A DNA stretch of 64,000 bases. Source: Lachnospiraceae bacterium. GTDB lineage: Bacteria; Bacillota; Clostridia; Lachnospirales; Lachnospiraceae. The position numbers and the translations under genes are program-made. Shown here piece after piece: positions 47,148 to 56,820 of the stretch (position 1 is its first letter; every line of letters begins with the position of its first letter). Where the stretch lies: assembly GCA_900769115.1 (NCBI GenBank), contig CAAGFJ010000044.1, positions 7,140 through 71,139 on the forward strand, in the 5' to 3' direction. The notes under the pieces are model-generated. The model searched no databases, was not told the origin of the DNA, and saw only the letters and a program-made list of their open reading frames with translations.

Positions 47148-47870
47148 ATGGAGCAAGATCAGGGACTTATTGATTTTCACAGCCATATTCTTCCGGGTAT
47201 CGATGACGGGAGTAGGAGTACAGCACAGTCTTTGGAGATGATGAAGTTAGAACTTGATCAAGGTGTTAGAACGATTGTTGCGACTCCTCATTTTTATGCA
47301 GATAAGGTTTCTGTTGATACGTTTCTGACGAGACGGCAGCATGCATATGATAAGGTGATGCATGCAATCGAAGAACAGGAGCTGGATGCTCCGAGGTTCC
47401 ACTTGGGTGCAGAAGTCTATTATTTTGGCGGAATTGGCAAGGCAGAGATGCTTCCGAAGTTATGTATGGGAGACAGTGATATTGTGCTGTTGGAGATGCC
47501 TTTTTGCCAGTGGACGAAGGACATGTTAGAGAATGTGGAACAGATTCTGAATAAGCAGAAGTTACATATTATATTGGCACATATTGAACGATATTATGAT
47601 TATCAGAAGAAGAAGGATATCTGGAATGCCATCTTTGATCTGCCGCTGTATGCACAGATCAATGCAGGAAGCTTTCTTAACTGGAAGAAGCGTGGCAGAT
47701 GTCTGAAGTTCCTGAAGGAAGACTGGGACATTGTGCTTGGCAGTGATTGTCATAATACGGAGACACGGGTTCCGAACTTAGAACCCGGACGAGAAGTCAT
47801 TGCGAATAAGCTTGGCGGTGAACGTCTGGCTGCAATTGATGCATTAGGAGAAAGGATTATACCAGGATGA
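47148..47870 (+). CDS. cpsB: PHP-family protein-tyrosine phosphatase (CpsB/CapC type)
   Basis: IDFHSHILPGIDDGS N-terminus. 240 aa. Confidence 0.88.
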   Translation: MEQDQGLIDFHSHILPGIDDGSRSTAQSLEMMKLELDQGVRTIVATPHFYADKVSVDTFLTRRQHAYDKVMHAIEEQELDAPRFHLGAEVYYFGGIGKAEMLPKLCMGDSDIVLLEMPFCQWTKDMLENVEQILNKQKLHIILAHIERYYDYQKKKDIWNAIFDLPLYAQINAGSFLNWKKRGRCLKFLKEDWDIVLGSDCHNTETRVPNLEPGREVIANKLGGERLAAIDALGERIIPG

Positions 47871-48910
47871 ACCGCAGACAGAAGATGAAGATTGCAGGAC
47901 AGATTGGTCTCGTAATTCTTGGAATAGTTATTGTATATTTCGCAGTAAGGGTGATAGATAGTCAGCTGGGAATCTTTGATTCGGATGACGAAGATGATTT
48001 CGATTATGAAGAAGAACAGCTACCGATTGAGATAGATGGGCAGGAGTATGAACTCGCCCATGATATGAAGACGTACCTGATCATGGGTACGGATGCCAGC
48101 GGTAACGAGGATGCCGAAGACCGGGATTCGTATGAAGGTTCCATGGCAGACTTCATGTTATTAGTTGTAATCGATGACACAGACAGTACATACCGGTTCA
48201 TTCAGCTCAACCGGGATACGATTACGGAAGTGCCATTCCTGCTGAAGGACGGAACGTCTTATGCAAGCGCTGATATCCAGATGTGCTGTGCACACTGGTA
48301 CGGTGGAAGTAAGGAAGAGAGCTGTGAGAATACCGTAAGGACAGTATCCATGTTCATGAAGGGAATCCCGATTGATGGATATTATGCCCTACAGATGGAG
48401 GCAATGCCGGAGCTTAACCATGCAGTTGGAGGAGTGACGGTTACAATAGAAGATGATTTCACTGCCATTGATCCGGAGATGAAGCCGGGGACAACCTTGA
48501 AGCTTACTGATGAGCAGGCTTATACATTTGTTCATTCCAGAATGGATGTGGGCGATGGCGAGAATACATCGAGAATGCGTCGTCATAGAGAATTCATGAA
48601 TGCCTTGATGGATACGGCTAAGCAGAAGGCCAATGAGGACAAGAAGTTTGTGAACACCTTGTATAGTGAGTTGTCAGATTATTCGACAACGGATATGGGA
48701 AGCAAGACGCTGAGCAACATTGCCACGAAGATGAATTCGTATGAGTATAAGGGTCTGGTAACTCCGGAGGGAGAGACGAAGTTAGGAACTGCCCTGCATG
48801 ATGGATTGGAACACACCGAGTTCTATCCGGATGAGGAAGCCCTTATTACATTGATTCGGGACGTATACCCTCTGAATGAGGTTCCAGATACAGAAGATGG
48901 AGAGGAATAG
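47867..48910 (+). CDS. LytR-CpsA-Psr (LCP) family glycopolymer transferase
   Basis: N-terminal TM helix. ADFMLLVVIDD...IQLNRDT...IPIDGYYALQMEAMPELNHAVGGVTV. ATGA overlap with cpsB. Confidence 0.8.
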   Translation: MNRRQKMKIAGQIGLVILGIVIVYFAVRVIDSQLGIFDSDDEDDFDYEEEQLPIEIDGQEYELAHDMKTYLIMGTDASGNEDAEDRDSYEGSMADFMLLVVIDDTDSTYRFIQLNRDTITEVPFLLKDGTSYASADIQMCCAHWYGGSKEESCENTVRTVSMFMKGIPIDGYYALQMEAMPELNHAVGGVTVTIEDDFTAIDPEMKPGTTLKLTDEQAYTFVHSRMDVGDGENTSRMRRHREFMNALMDTAKQKANEDKKFVNTLYSELSDYSTTDMGSKTLSNIATKMNSYEYKGLVTPEGETKLGTALHDGLEHTEFYPDEEALITLIRDVYPLNEVPDTEDGEE

Positions 48911-48916
48911 GAAGAT

Positions 48917-49714
48917 ATGAACCAGGAGACATTAACAACACAGGCAGAGAATGACGAGATGGAGATTGATCTGCTTGAAGTATTTTATTATCTGAAGGCG
49001 AGACTCTTATGGCTGATTCTTGCATTTGTAATTGGTGCTGTTGTGGCGGGAGGATTCACTGCTGCATTCATCACACCGAAGTATGAAGCAACTTCTAAGG
49101 TATATATGGTGGCTTCATCGAGTGATTCAGTCGTAGATCTGACAGACTTGAACATCGGTACTTCTCTTTCGCAGGATTATGTGGAATTGATGAAGATACG
49201 TCCGGTATTTGAAGATGTTATTGCAGATCTGGATCTGGAGTATGATTATGACACTCTGCTTGATATGACAAACATTGGAACCGTTGGCGATACCCGTTTG
49301 ATGAGCATTACCGTAACGGATACCGATCCGGTTGAGGCAAGAGATATTGCCAATGCACTAGCTAAGCAGGCAGTAACATATGTGCCGAAGGTTATGGCAG
49401 TACAGAAGCCGCGTATTGCTGAGAAAGCAATCACCCCGAAGCATAAGAGTTCTCCAAGCTTAGCGAAGAACTCTGTATTAGGCGGTCTGGTTATATTTGT
49501 GATCGTTGCGGCTGTATTCGTTGTACAGTTGTTGATGGATGATACATTCAAGTCTGCAGAAGATGTAGAGAAGATGCTTGGTGTTATGCCTCTTACCGTT
49601 ATCCCTGAGGGTAACTTAGAGACTATCGATGATAAGGCTGAGGAAGAGATCAAGAAGCAGAAGCGCAAAGAAAGAAAACAACGTAAGAAAGAGGGGAAGA
49701 ATGATGCCAAGTAA
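48917..49714 (+). CDS. Wzz/CpsC-type chain-length determinant, BY-kinase transmembrane modulator
   Basis: Wzz N-terminal pattern EIDLLEVFYYLKARLLWLIL..., two TM helices and a Lys-rich tail. Confidence 0.8.
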   Translation: MNQETLTTQAENDEMEIDLLEVFYYLKARLLWLILAFVIGAVVAGGFTAAFITPKYEATSKVYMVASSSDSVVDLTDLNIGTSLSQDYVELMKIRPVFEDVIADLDLEYDYDTLLDMTNIGTVGDTRLMSITVTDTDPVEARDIANALAKQAVTYVPKVMAVQKPRIAEKAITPKHKSSPSLAKNSVLGGLVIFVIVAAVFVVQLLMDDTFKSAEDVEKMLGVMPLTVIPEGNLETIDDKAEEEIKKQKRKERKQRKKEGKNDAK

Positions 49715-50456
49715 GAATTATGTGAGAGCAACCGTCGGCAATATGCCGGAACTTCCCTATGCAATAGAGGAGGCAGTCAATCGTCTCCGTGTCAACATCG
49801 GATTCTTAGGAGAAGATGTGAAGAAGATCATGGTAATCAGTACCACACCAGATGAGGGTAAGAGTTTTGTTACGATGCAGTTGTGGAGACAGCTTGCAGA
49901 GGCAGGAACACCAACCGCATTGGTGGATATGGATCTTCGTAAGTCCGTTATGGTAGATAAGTATCAGATTGCCAGAGAAGATGGTAAGAAGATTCAGGGA
50001 ACTTCTTATTACTTAGCGAACAAGATGCCGATTGAGCAGGCAATCCTGCAGACCAATATTGGTGAGGGAGCAGTGCTTCCGAATGTAGATAATGTGGTGA
50101 ACCCTTCGATGCTCTTAGAGAGTAAGAAGTTAGAAGATACATTGAATGAATTGGCAGAAGAATTCCGGTATGTCGTGTTGGACTGCCCGCCGCTTGACCT
50201 TGTGTCAGACGGAGAACGAATTGGTGCATTGTGTGATGGTGCCATCTTAGTTGTCCGTGGTGGTGAGACACCGAAGAGTATGATCCGTAACTCCATCCGC
50301 CAGTTAGAACGTGCCAACTGCCCATTACTGGGTGTGGTACTTAACCGTGTGAAGGGTTCCGGTAGTGGTTATTATTATAAGCAGTATGGTGGTAAGTATG
50401 GCTATTATGGCAAGAGTGGCTATGGTTACGGCAAAGAGGGTTACTACTACAATTAA
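49701..50456 (+). CDS. CpsD/CapB-type bacterial tyrosine (BY) kinase
   Basis: Walker A STTPDEGKSFV, A' VVLDCPP, B ILVVRGGET and a C-terminal Tyr cluster YYYKQYGGKYGYYGKSGYGYGKEGYYYN. Start at ATG 49701 overlaps the previous gene by 14 nt. Confidence 0.88.
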   Translation: MMPSKNYVRATVGNMPELPYAIEEAVNRLRVNIGFLGEDVKKIMVISTTPDEGKSFVTMQLWRQLAEAGTPTALVDMDLRKSVMVDKYQIAREDGKKIQGTSYYLANKMPIEQAILQTNIGEGAVLPNVDNVVNPSMLLESKKLEDTLNELAEEFRYVVLDCPPLDLVSDGERIGALCDGAILVVRGGETPKSMIRNSIRQLERANCPLLGVVLNRVKGSGSGYYYKQYGGKYGYYGKSGYGYGKEGYYYN

Positions 50457-50467
50457 GCTGTGAGTCC

Positions 50468-50489
50468 CCTACATACGCAAGTATGTGGG
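50468..50489 (+). other. Stable GCAA-tetraloop hairpin after the BY-kinase gene
   Basis: CCTACATAC-GCAA-GTATGTGGG, 9 bp including one U.G. No clear U tract follows. Confidence 0.4.
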
Positions 50490-50527
50490 CTCTAATATAA
50501 AATATTCAAGGAAGGAGGATATTTACC

Positions 50528-50995
50528 GTGAAATCATTAAAGAAAATGTTAGCAGGCGTCTTAGCTATGACTATGTTAGTTGGTGCAGCAGCTTCTGCTG
50601 CAAACAGCCCAGTGAAGGCTCCTACTGCAACAGCTCAGACAGCAACTGTTTCTAATGTTACTGTTACAACTACTGCTGAAGGTACAGCTACTGTAAGCAA
50701 GGTTAAGACAAACAAGAAGAAGGTTACTGTTCCTACAACTGTTGAGGTTAAGGGTGTTAAATACACTGTTACAGCAATCGCTAAGGGAACTTTCAAAGGC
50801 TTAAAGAAGAATGCTGTTATTAGCATTAACACAAAGAAGTCTTTGAAGGTAGCTAAGAATACTTTCAAGGGTCTTAAGACCAAGAAGGTTGTTATTAAAG
50901 TCAACAAGAAGATGTCTAAGAAGCAGCTGAAAGCATTCAAGAAGAATCTTAAGAAGGCTGGATTCAAGGGTACTGTTAAGGCGACTTTAAAATAA
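50528..50995 (+). CDS. Small secreted, very Lys-rich protein (155 aa)
   Basis: GGAAGGAGG RBS and GTG start. Signal peptide MKSLKKMLAGVLAMTMLVGAAASA. Repeated KGTFKGLKK / KNTFKGLKTKK units. Confidence 0.55.
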   Translation: MKSLKKMLAGVLAMTMLVGAAASAANSPVKAPTATAQTATVSNVTVTTTAEGTATVSKVKTNKKKVTVPTTVEVKGVKYTVTAIAKGTFKGLKKNAVISINTKKSLKVAKNTFKGLKTKKVVIKVNKKMSKKQLKAFKKNLKKAGFKGTVKATLK

Positions 50996-51304
50996 TCGCT
51001 TGTTAACGGACTACCATCGGACGGGTAGAATCTGCTGCCTGTCCGGGGGTGTGTTCCCCTTGAAAAGTAAAGGATAAGGAATGTACTCTTACCGAATGTT
51101 GAATGCAATCATTCGACGAAGGAGTAGGAATATATTCCTTATTTTTTACCAATTAATGGAGTTATATCCGTTATGAATAGTCATTGATATTTCTCGTTAT
51201 GTGAGATAGACTATTAACGGTAAAAAGAATTACAATATGAATTAAGAAGTTTCGGAAGAGAATCGTCGCCTGGTGCGCGTTTTGTGAAGGGATGGATACA
51301 TAAG

Positions 51305-51370
51305 ATACCCTGTTCAAGGTGCGTTTGCCATGTTGGAATGGCGAAGCTTACCCTTGAATGGGGTATTTTT
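51305..51370 (+). terminator. Strong intrinsic-terminator-like hairpin inside the cps intergenic gap
   Basis: ATACCCTGTTCAAGG (51305-51319) pairs with CCTTGAATGGGGTAT (51352-51366), 13 of 15 positions, with an inner GCCAT/ATGGC stem. Followed by TTTTTGCTGTTTT. Confidence 0.6.
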
Positions 51371-51707
51371 GCTGTTTTGAGATTAGATAGAATGTAGTTC
51401 ATATTCTATTTGATGCATGTGCTGCAACGTATATAATAACAGGATGCTTGTTTCGGGCGGATTCTGCCAGACTACTTCAAAGACCAATGAGGTTGGAAAG
51501 ATGTATAAGAAGAGTGAGTCGGAAAAGGTGCTGTTTCTTTAGAGTCTTTTTGTGGTTGGATATATGACTTTGATGAAGAACAATTAATTTTGGAATGTGT
51601 TTTAAGTAGGTTGTTGTACATATTTTTTTAGAGGAATAAGAAGTGAAGGAGAACATCGGTTATCAATAAAAAATAGGAAATCGTTTTCGGAAAGGCAGTA
51701 ATTTAGT

Positions 51708-53114
51708 ATGAAACAAAAGAAAAAATATAGCGTATTAAAACATGTTGATTTTTTATTATTAGATATTGTATGTATACAACTTTGCTTTTTTGGTGCATGT
51801 ATGGTTCGAAGGGATACTTTTATAGATTTTTTTAATCGGTATATATATATATCCGGGATTTTGTTAGGTACGACTTTATTAGTTGCTGCATTTTGGAATG
51901 TGTATTCAGGTATTTTACGCCGTAATATTCTAGATGAATTTAAAAATGTATTTGCACTCACGGCGGGATTGTTTGTTTCCTTGACGGGTTACTGTTTTGC
52001 TACTAAGACAAGTGCAAGTTATTCACGTGCAATTTTATTTACTTATATAATAATTGTAATTCCCGTTTTGTTTGTTGTACGGGTAGGACGGAAAGAAATT
52101 GTGCGTAAGAGAGTTAGAAATTCATTGGGCGAAATACTTCTTTTTATACGAGAAGAAGATATTGAAAAAAAAATAGAACAATTTACAGATAGAGCCTATT
52201 CAGGTGTTGTAGTTACGGGAATTATTACATATGACAAAGCGGATAGAAAACAAGTGCAAGGAATTCCGATTGTAGGTAGTCGTGAAGATTTATATAACTA
52301 TGTTGAAAATCATAATGTAGAATGTGTATATATCTATTTAAAAGGTGTACAGAATCTGCATAAATATATAGATTATCTTGTGCGTAAAGATATTCTTGTA
52401 TACCGTGCGCTGAGAAACTTGGAAAAAAGTTCATTTCGCTATAGTGTGGTTGAAATGAATGGATATAAAACTTTATGTGTGCGAGAAAGAGAACAATCTT
52501 TAGGATTTGCATTCACAAAACGGGTAGCCGACATTGTGATTGCATTAGGTGCATTAATTGTTTCATTACCAATTATGGCTGTGACAGCAATTGCAATTAA
52601 AATGGAGGATGGGGGAACTGTCTTCTATAAATCGGAGCGTATCGGACAGTATGGAAAAAAATTTTATATATATAAATTTCGTAGCATGAAATTGAATGCA
52701 GATAGACTTGAAGATATGTTAACACCTGAAGAGTTGGCACGATATTACAAGGAATTTAAATTAGATAATGATCCGCGCATAACTAGGGTTGGGAATTTTA
52801 TCCGGCGGCATAGTATAGATGAATTACCTCAATTTTTTAATATACTAAAGGGAGATATGGCAATGATAGGACCACGCCCATTGATTGAACGCGAAGTGGA
52901 AGTTAATTATCCTAATAATAAGGATTTATTGTTGAGTTTGAAGCCGGGATTGACAGGATATTGGCAGGCATATGCTAGAAATAATGTGGGTTATGAAAAT
53001 GGAGAAAGGCAAAAAATGGAGTTATACTATATCGAACATTCGTGTTGGAATTTAGATATTCACATTATATTTAAAACAGTGAAGGTTGTTTTGACGGGAG
53101 ATGGGGCTCAATAG
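51708..53114 (+). CDS. Polyprenyl-phosphate hexose-1-phosphate transferase (WbaP/CpsE-type priming transferase)
   Basis: N-terminal TM bundle. C-terminal KFRSMKLNAD and DELPQFFNILKGDMAMIGPRP motifs. Confidence 0.88.
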   Translation: MKQKKKYSVLKHVDFLLLDIVCIQLCFFGACMVRRDTFIDFFNRYIYISGILLGTTLLVAAFWNVYSGILRRNILDEFKNVFALTAGLFVSLTGYCFATKTSASYSRAILFTYIIIVIPVLFVVRVGRKEIVRKRVRNSLGEILLFIREEDIEKKIEQFTDRAYSGVVVTGIITYDKADRKQVQGIPIVGSREDLYNYVENHNVECVYIYLKGVQNLHKYIDYLVRKDILVYRALRNLEKSSFRYSVVEMNGYKTLCVREREQSLGFAFTKRVADIVIALGALIVSLPIMAVTAIAIKMEDGGTVFYKSERIGQYGKKFYIYKFRSMKLNADRLEDMLTPEELARYYKEFKLDNDPRITRVGNFIRRHSIDELPQFFNILKGDMAMIGPRPLIEREVEVNYPNNKDLLLSLKPGLTGYWQAYARNNVGYENGERQKMELYYIEHSCWNLDIHIIFKTVKVVLTGDGAQ

Positions 53115-53115
53115 A

Positions 53116-53976
53116 ATGGAGAAAATTAGTGTTATTATAATGACGTTAAATGCTGAATTATATATTCGGAATATGTTAGAAATGTTAAAAGTGCAAACTG
53201 TAGCACCAGATGAAATTATTGTTGCTGATTCTGAATCGGATGATCAGACATTGTCTATTGTAAAAGAGTATAAAGGAACAAAAATTATTAATATAAAAAG
53301 AAACGAATTTGATCACGGTGGAAGTAGAGACAAAGCATTACGTGTATCTAATGGGTATTTTGTTTTGTTTTTGACGCAAGATGCGCAAATAGGTAATAAT
53401 CATTATATTGAGAACATTCTTAAACCATTTGAAAATAACGAGATTGCAATGGTTTGTGGACGTCAGATTGCAAAGAATAATGCGCCTAGTTATGAGAAAT
53501 TAATTCGTGAATTTAATTACCCTGACAGGAGTATGATAAAATCTAAAGAAGATATAGTTCGGTTAGGAATAAAAGCATATTATATGTCAGATGTATGTTC
53601 TGCATACAGGAGGGACCTATATTTGAAAATAGGAGGATTTAAACATCCCTTGAATACTAATGAAGATATGTTAATAGCAGCTACTGCACTTCGGTCTGGA
53701 TACAAGATTGCATACGAGTCCAGTGCCTTTGTGTTTCATTCGCATGTTTTTACGTTAAAGCAAGAATTTATTAGAAATAAAAATGTTGCTGTTTTTATGA
53801 AAAAACATAAGGATGATTTGGGAACTATCAATGTTGATTCAGAGGGAATAGCATTGGTAAGATATGTGTCGGAAAGATTATTGAAAGATCATAAATATAT
53901 TGATTTCTTGAAATTTGGCTTTGTTTGTGTATCAAAATATATGGGGAATAAGTATGGAAAGTATATTGCAAAATAA
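53116..53976 (+). CDS. Family 2 glycosyltransferase
   Basis: ISVIIMTLNAE...VADSESDD...FLTQDA pattern. Start at ATG 53116. Confidence 0.75.
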   Translation: MEKISVIIMTLNAELYIRNMLEMLKVQTVAPDEIIVADSESDDQTLSIVKEYKGTKIINIKRNEFDHGGSRDKALRVSNGYFVLFLTQDAQIGNNHYIENILKPFENNEIAMVCGRQIAKNNAPSYEKLIREFNYPDRSMIKSKEDIVRLGIKAYYMSDVCSAYRRDLYLKIGGFKHPLNTNEDMLIAATALRSGYKIAYESSAFVFHSHVFTLKQEFIRNKNVAVFMKKHKDDLGTINVDSEGIALVRYVSERLLKDHKYIDFLKFGFVCVSKYMGNKYGKYIAK

Positions 53977-54688
53977 AAAAATATCTGTTTGTATGGCAAC
54001 GTATAATGGTGAAAAATATTTAAAAAAGCAATTGGATTCAGTTCTAAAGAATCTTACGGAATGTGATGAATTGATAATTTCAGATGATGGATCAAGTGAT
54101 AGAAGTGTACGAATTTTAACAGAATATGCTCAAAAATATAAACAAATAAGGATTTTAAAAGGACCACAAAGGGGTGTGGTAAAAAATTTTGAAAATGCCT
54201 TACAAAATGTGAATGGAGAATTTGTGTTTTTGTGCGATCAAGATGATGAGTGGGAAGAAGATAAGGTAAAAATGGTTATTGAACAGTTTGAATTAAATAA
54301 AGACATATGTTTAATTATTCATGATGCAGTTGTGATTGATTCAAATGGAAAAAAAATAAATTCTTCTTTTTTTAGTATTCGTAGTTCAAAATCTGGATTT
54401 ATAAAAAATATATATAAAAATTCTTATATAGGGTGTTGCATGGCTTTTAAAAAACAACTATTAGATTGTATTTTACCTATACCTGAAAAAGTAGAAATGC
54501 ATGATTGGTGGATTGGGCTGCTTGCTGAATGTGAAGGAAAAAGCTTGTTTATAAATGATAAGTTGATAAAATATAGAAGGCATGAAAACAATGTTAGTAA
54601 GATGGAACATTATGGATTGAGTAGAATGATCAAAAATAGGTGTGTAATGTTGTTCTATATTATTAAAAGAAGGTTAAAAATTGATTAA
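53954..54688 (+). CDS. Family 2 glycosyltransferase
   Basis: ISVCMATYNGEKYL...ISDDGSSD...CDQDDEW. Start at ATG 53954 overlaps the upstream gene by 23 nt. Confidence 0.75.
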   Translation: MESILQNKKISVCMATYNGEKYLKKQLDSVLKNLTECDELIISDDGSSDRSVRILTEYAQKYKQIRILKGPQRGVVKNFENALQNVNGEFVFLCDQDDEWEEDKVKMVIEQFELNKDICLIIHDAVVIDSNGKKINSSFFSIRSSKSGFIKNIYKNSYIGCCMAFKKQLLDCILPIPEKVEMHDWWIGLLAECEGKSLFINDKLIKYRRHENNVSKMEHYGLSRMIKNRCVMLFYIIKRRLKID

Positions 54689-54704
54689 TGAGGGGAAGAC
54701 TTAT

Positions 54705-55676
54705 ATGATGGATCTAATTTCGGTAATAGTGCCTGTTTACAATGTAGAATCATATCTTCAAAAATGTCTTGATTCTATCATTGACCAAACATATTCTAAT
54801 TTGGAGATTATAATTATTGATGATGGATCTAAGGATCGATCAGGTGAGATATGTGATTATTATAAAAATATAGATTCAAGAATAAAAGTTGTTCATAAAC
54901 AAAATGGTGGACTTTCGGATGCACGAAATATCGGTATTGATATTTCTGTTGGAGAATATATATGTTTTGTTGATTCAGATGATTATTTAGAAAAAAATTA
55001 TGTATTAAAAATGTATGAAAAGATAAAAGATAAAGATATAGATATATGTTGTTGTGGTAAATTTATAGAGTCTGAGAATATTTGTAAAGTGGTAAATTCG
55101 GACTCGGATTTTATATTAGATTCTGTTGAGGCACTTAAATATTATCTTCAAAAAAAAGAAATTGATAATTCTGCAGTTGATAAACTTTATAGGAAAAAAA
55201 TGTTTGATGATGTACGGTTTCCTGCTGGAATGTATTATGAAGATATTGGAACTATATACAAGCTGTTTTTAAAAGCTAAAAAAATTGCACATATAGATAT
55301 ACCTTTATATCATTATGTTATGCGTAAGGGAAGCATAAGTCATGGGGTGTTTTCTAAAAAACAATTAGAATCATTATATATGACAAGAGAAGCGGTTAAG
55401 TGCATCAATCAAGTATATCCTGAATTAAATGAATATTTAGCTGCATATTATGGATTAGAAATGGTTACCACGATTAGGCAGATGTATTATTACTGGGGAA
55501 AAAAAGAGACTGTTGCGAAATATAGTGACATTATTCAAGAATATAAAAATAATTTTAAATCTTTTATACATAGTCCATACATCCCATTTTTTAAAAAGAT
55601 TATGATGTGGTTGATAAAATTTCAAATGTATAGGGTGGTAAATTTAATGATTATATTATTTAAAAAGGAATTTTAA
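54705..55676 (+). CDS. Family 2 glycosyltransferase
   Basis: ISVIVPVYNVESYL...IIDDGSKD...FVDSDD. Start at ATG 54705 after GAGGGGA. Confidence 0.8.
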   Translation: MMDLISVIVPVYNVESYLQKCLDSIIDQTYSNLEIIIIDDGSKDRSGEICDYYKNIDSRIKVVHKQNGGLSDARNIGIDISVGEYICFVDSDDYLEKNYVLKMYEKIKDKDIDICCCGKFIESENICKVVNSDSDFILDSVEALKYYLQKKEIDNSAVDKLYRKKMFDDVRFPAGMYYEDIGTIYKLFLKAKKIAHIDIPLYHYVMRKGSISHGVFSKKQLESLYMTREAVKCINQVYPELNEYLAAYYGLEMVTTIRQMYYYWGKKETVAKYSDIIQEYKNNFKSFIHSPYIPFFKKIMMWLIKFQMYRVVNLMIILFKKEF

Positions 55677-55685
55677 GAGGGACAG

Positions 55686-56774
55686 ATGTTAGTATATTAT
55701 ATAATTTTTATTGTAAGTAGTATTCTCGTATATTTAGCTGATAAAAAAATGCGTGGATTAAGAGGAAAAAAAATATGTTGGTTATTAGCTGTTTTGATTC
55801 CTTCATTATTGGCAGGCTTGAGAGCCGAATCCGTGGGAACTGATACAAGTGGATATATTAAAGCTATTCATCATTTATGTGTTAATGATGTTGATTGGAA
55901 AGTAGTTGTTGGAGCATATCAATGTGAAATAGGATATTATTTTGTTAATTTTCTAGTTACACGTATTTCTGATTCGTTTCAATTATTGCTGTTTGTATTA
56001 CAAATTTTAATTCTGGCACCAGTATTGCTTGCATGTAAAGATAATGCCGATTTAGTTGAACCGTATTTATCGTATTTCTTGTTTTTAATTTTATTTTATA
56101 ATAGAAGTTTAAATATGTGTAGGCAATCAATAGCTATTGCTATTTGTATATATTCTGTTCAATATGTAAGGAGCGAAAAGATTGTTAAATTTTTGGTATG
56201 CTTGATGCTTGCAATTTCAATACACAAAATTGCTTTTATATTTTTAACAATTTATATAATTTCTCATTTTCTTCAAAAAAAGGAAGGCGTGTATTACAAG
56301 CTTTCTTTTCTTGCGGCTGTGTGTTGTTTAATAATTTTTTATAAAGTTATTTTAAATAAATTAATAAGCATGGGGTATTTAGGTTCAAGATATTTATATT
56401 ATGTCAATAGTGGAAACCAGAATATTTCAACAATAGAATTAACTACAAAAATTCTTTATTTAATTTTAATATTATGTGTTGCATCTATATTGAAGAAAAA
56501 AAATAGATATAATGAAATACTAATATTTTTTCTTGTTTTAGATTTTCTTATATATTGTATAGGTTTTTATGCAAATTATGCGCAAAGAATTTCATATTAT
56601 ATAGGTATTTTTACAATTTTTGTAGTTCCGCAAATAGCAAATTGTGTCAACAAAAGACAAAAATATATATGTTTATTTGTATTACTGTTTATTGCTTTTG
56701 CATTTTCGTATAAGTATTATGGAATAAGTGGATGTGATGGAACTGTGCCATATATTTTATCAACAAGTATGTGA
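55686..56774 (+). CDS. EpsG-family membrane protein (Wzy-type repeat-unit polymerase candidate)
   Basis: 362 aa, about 10 TM helices, EpsG-like N-terminus. Position is within the GT block. Confidence 0.65.
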   Translation: MLVYYIIFIVSSILVYLADKKMRGLRGKKICWLLAVLIPSLLAGLRAESVGTDTSGYIKAIHHLCVNDVDWKVVVGAYQCEIGYYFVNFLVTRISDSFQLLLFVLQILILAPVLLACKDNADLVEPYLSYFLFLILFYNRSLNMCRQSIAIAICIYSVQYVRSEKIVKFLVCLMLAISIHKIAFIFLTIYIISHFLQKKEGVYYKLSFLAAVCCLIIFYKVILNKLISMGYLGSRYLYYVNSGNQNISTIELTTKILYLILILCVASILKKKNRYNEILIFFLVLDFLIYCIGFYANYAQRISYYIGIFTIFVVPQIANCVNKRQKYICLFVLLFIAFAFSYKYYGISGCDGTVPYILSTSM

Positions 56775-56820
56775 AATATTTTAATATAATAATGTGGTTT
56801 GGATTACAAAGGGGAAAATA

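Noticed and set aside
51214-51961. Minus-strand ORFs 51214-51402 (62 aa) and 51602-51961 (119 aa) in and next to the cps non-coding gap.
   Set aside because: Neither has an RBS or motifs. The second overlaps the start of the priming transferase gene on the opposite strand. They are likely chance ORFs in AT-rich DNA. I could not support a pseudogene reading either.
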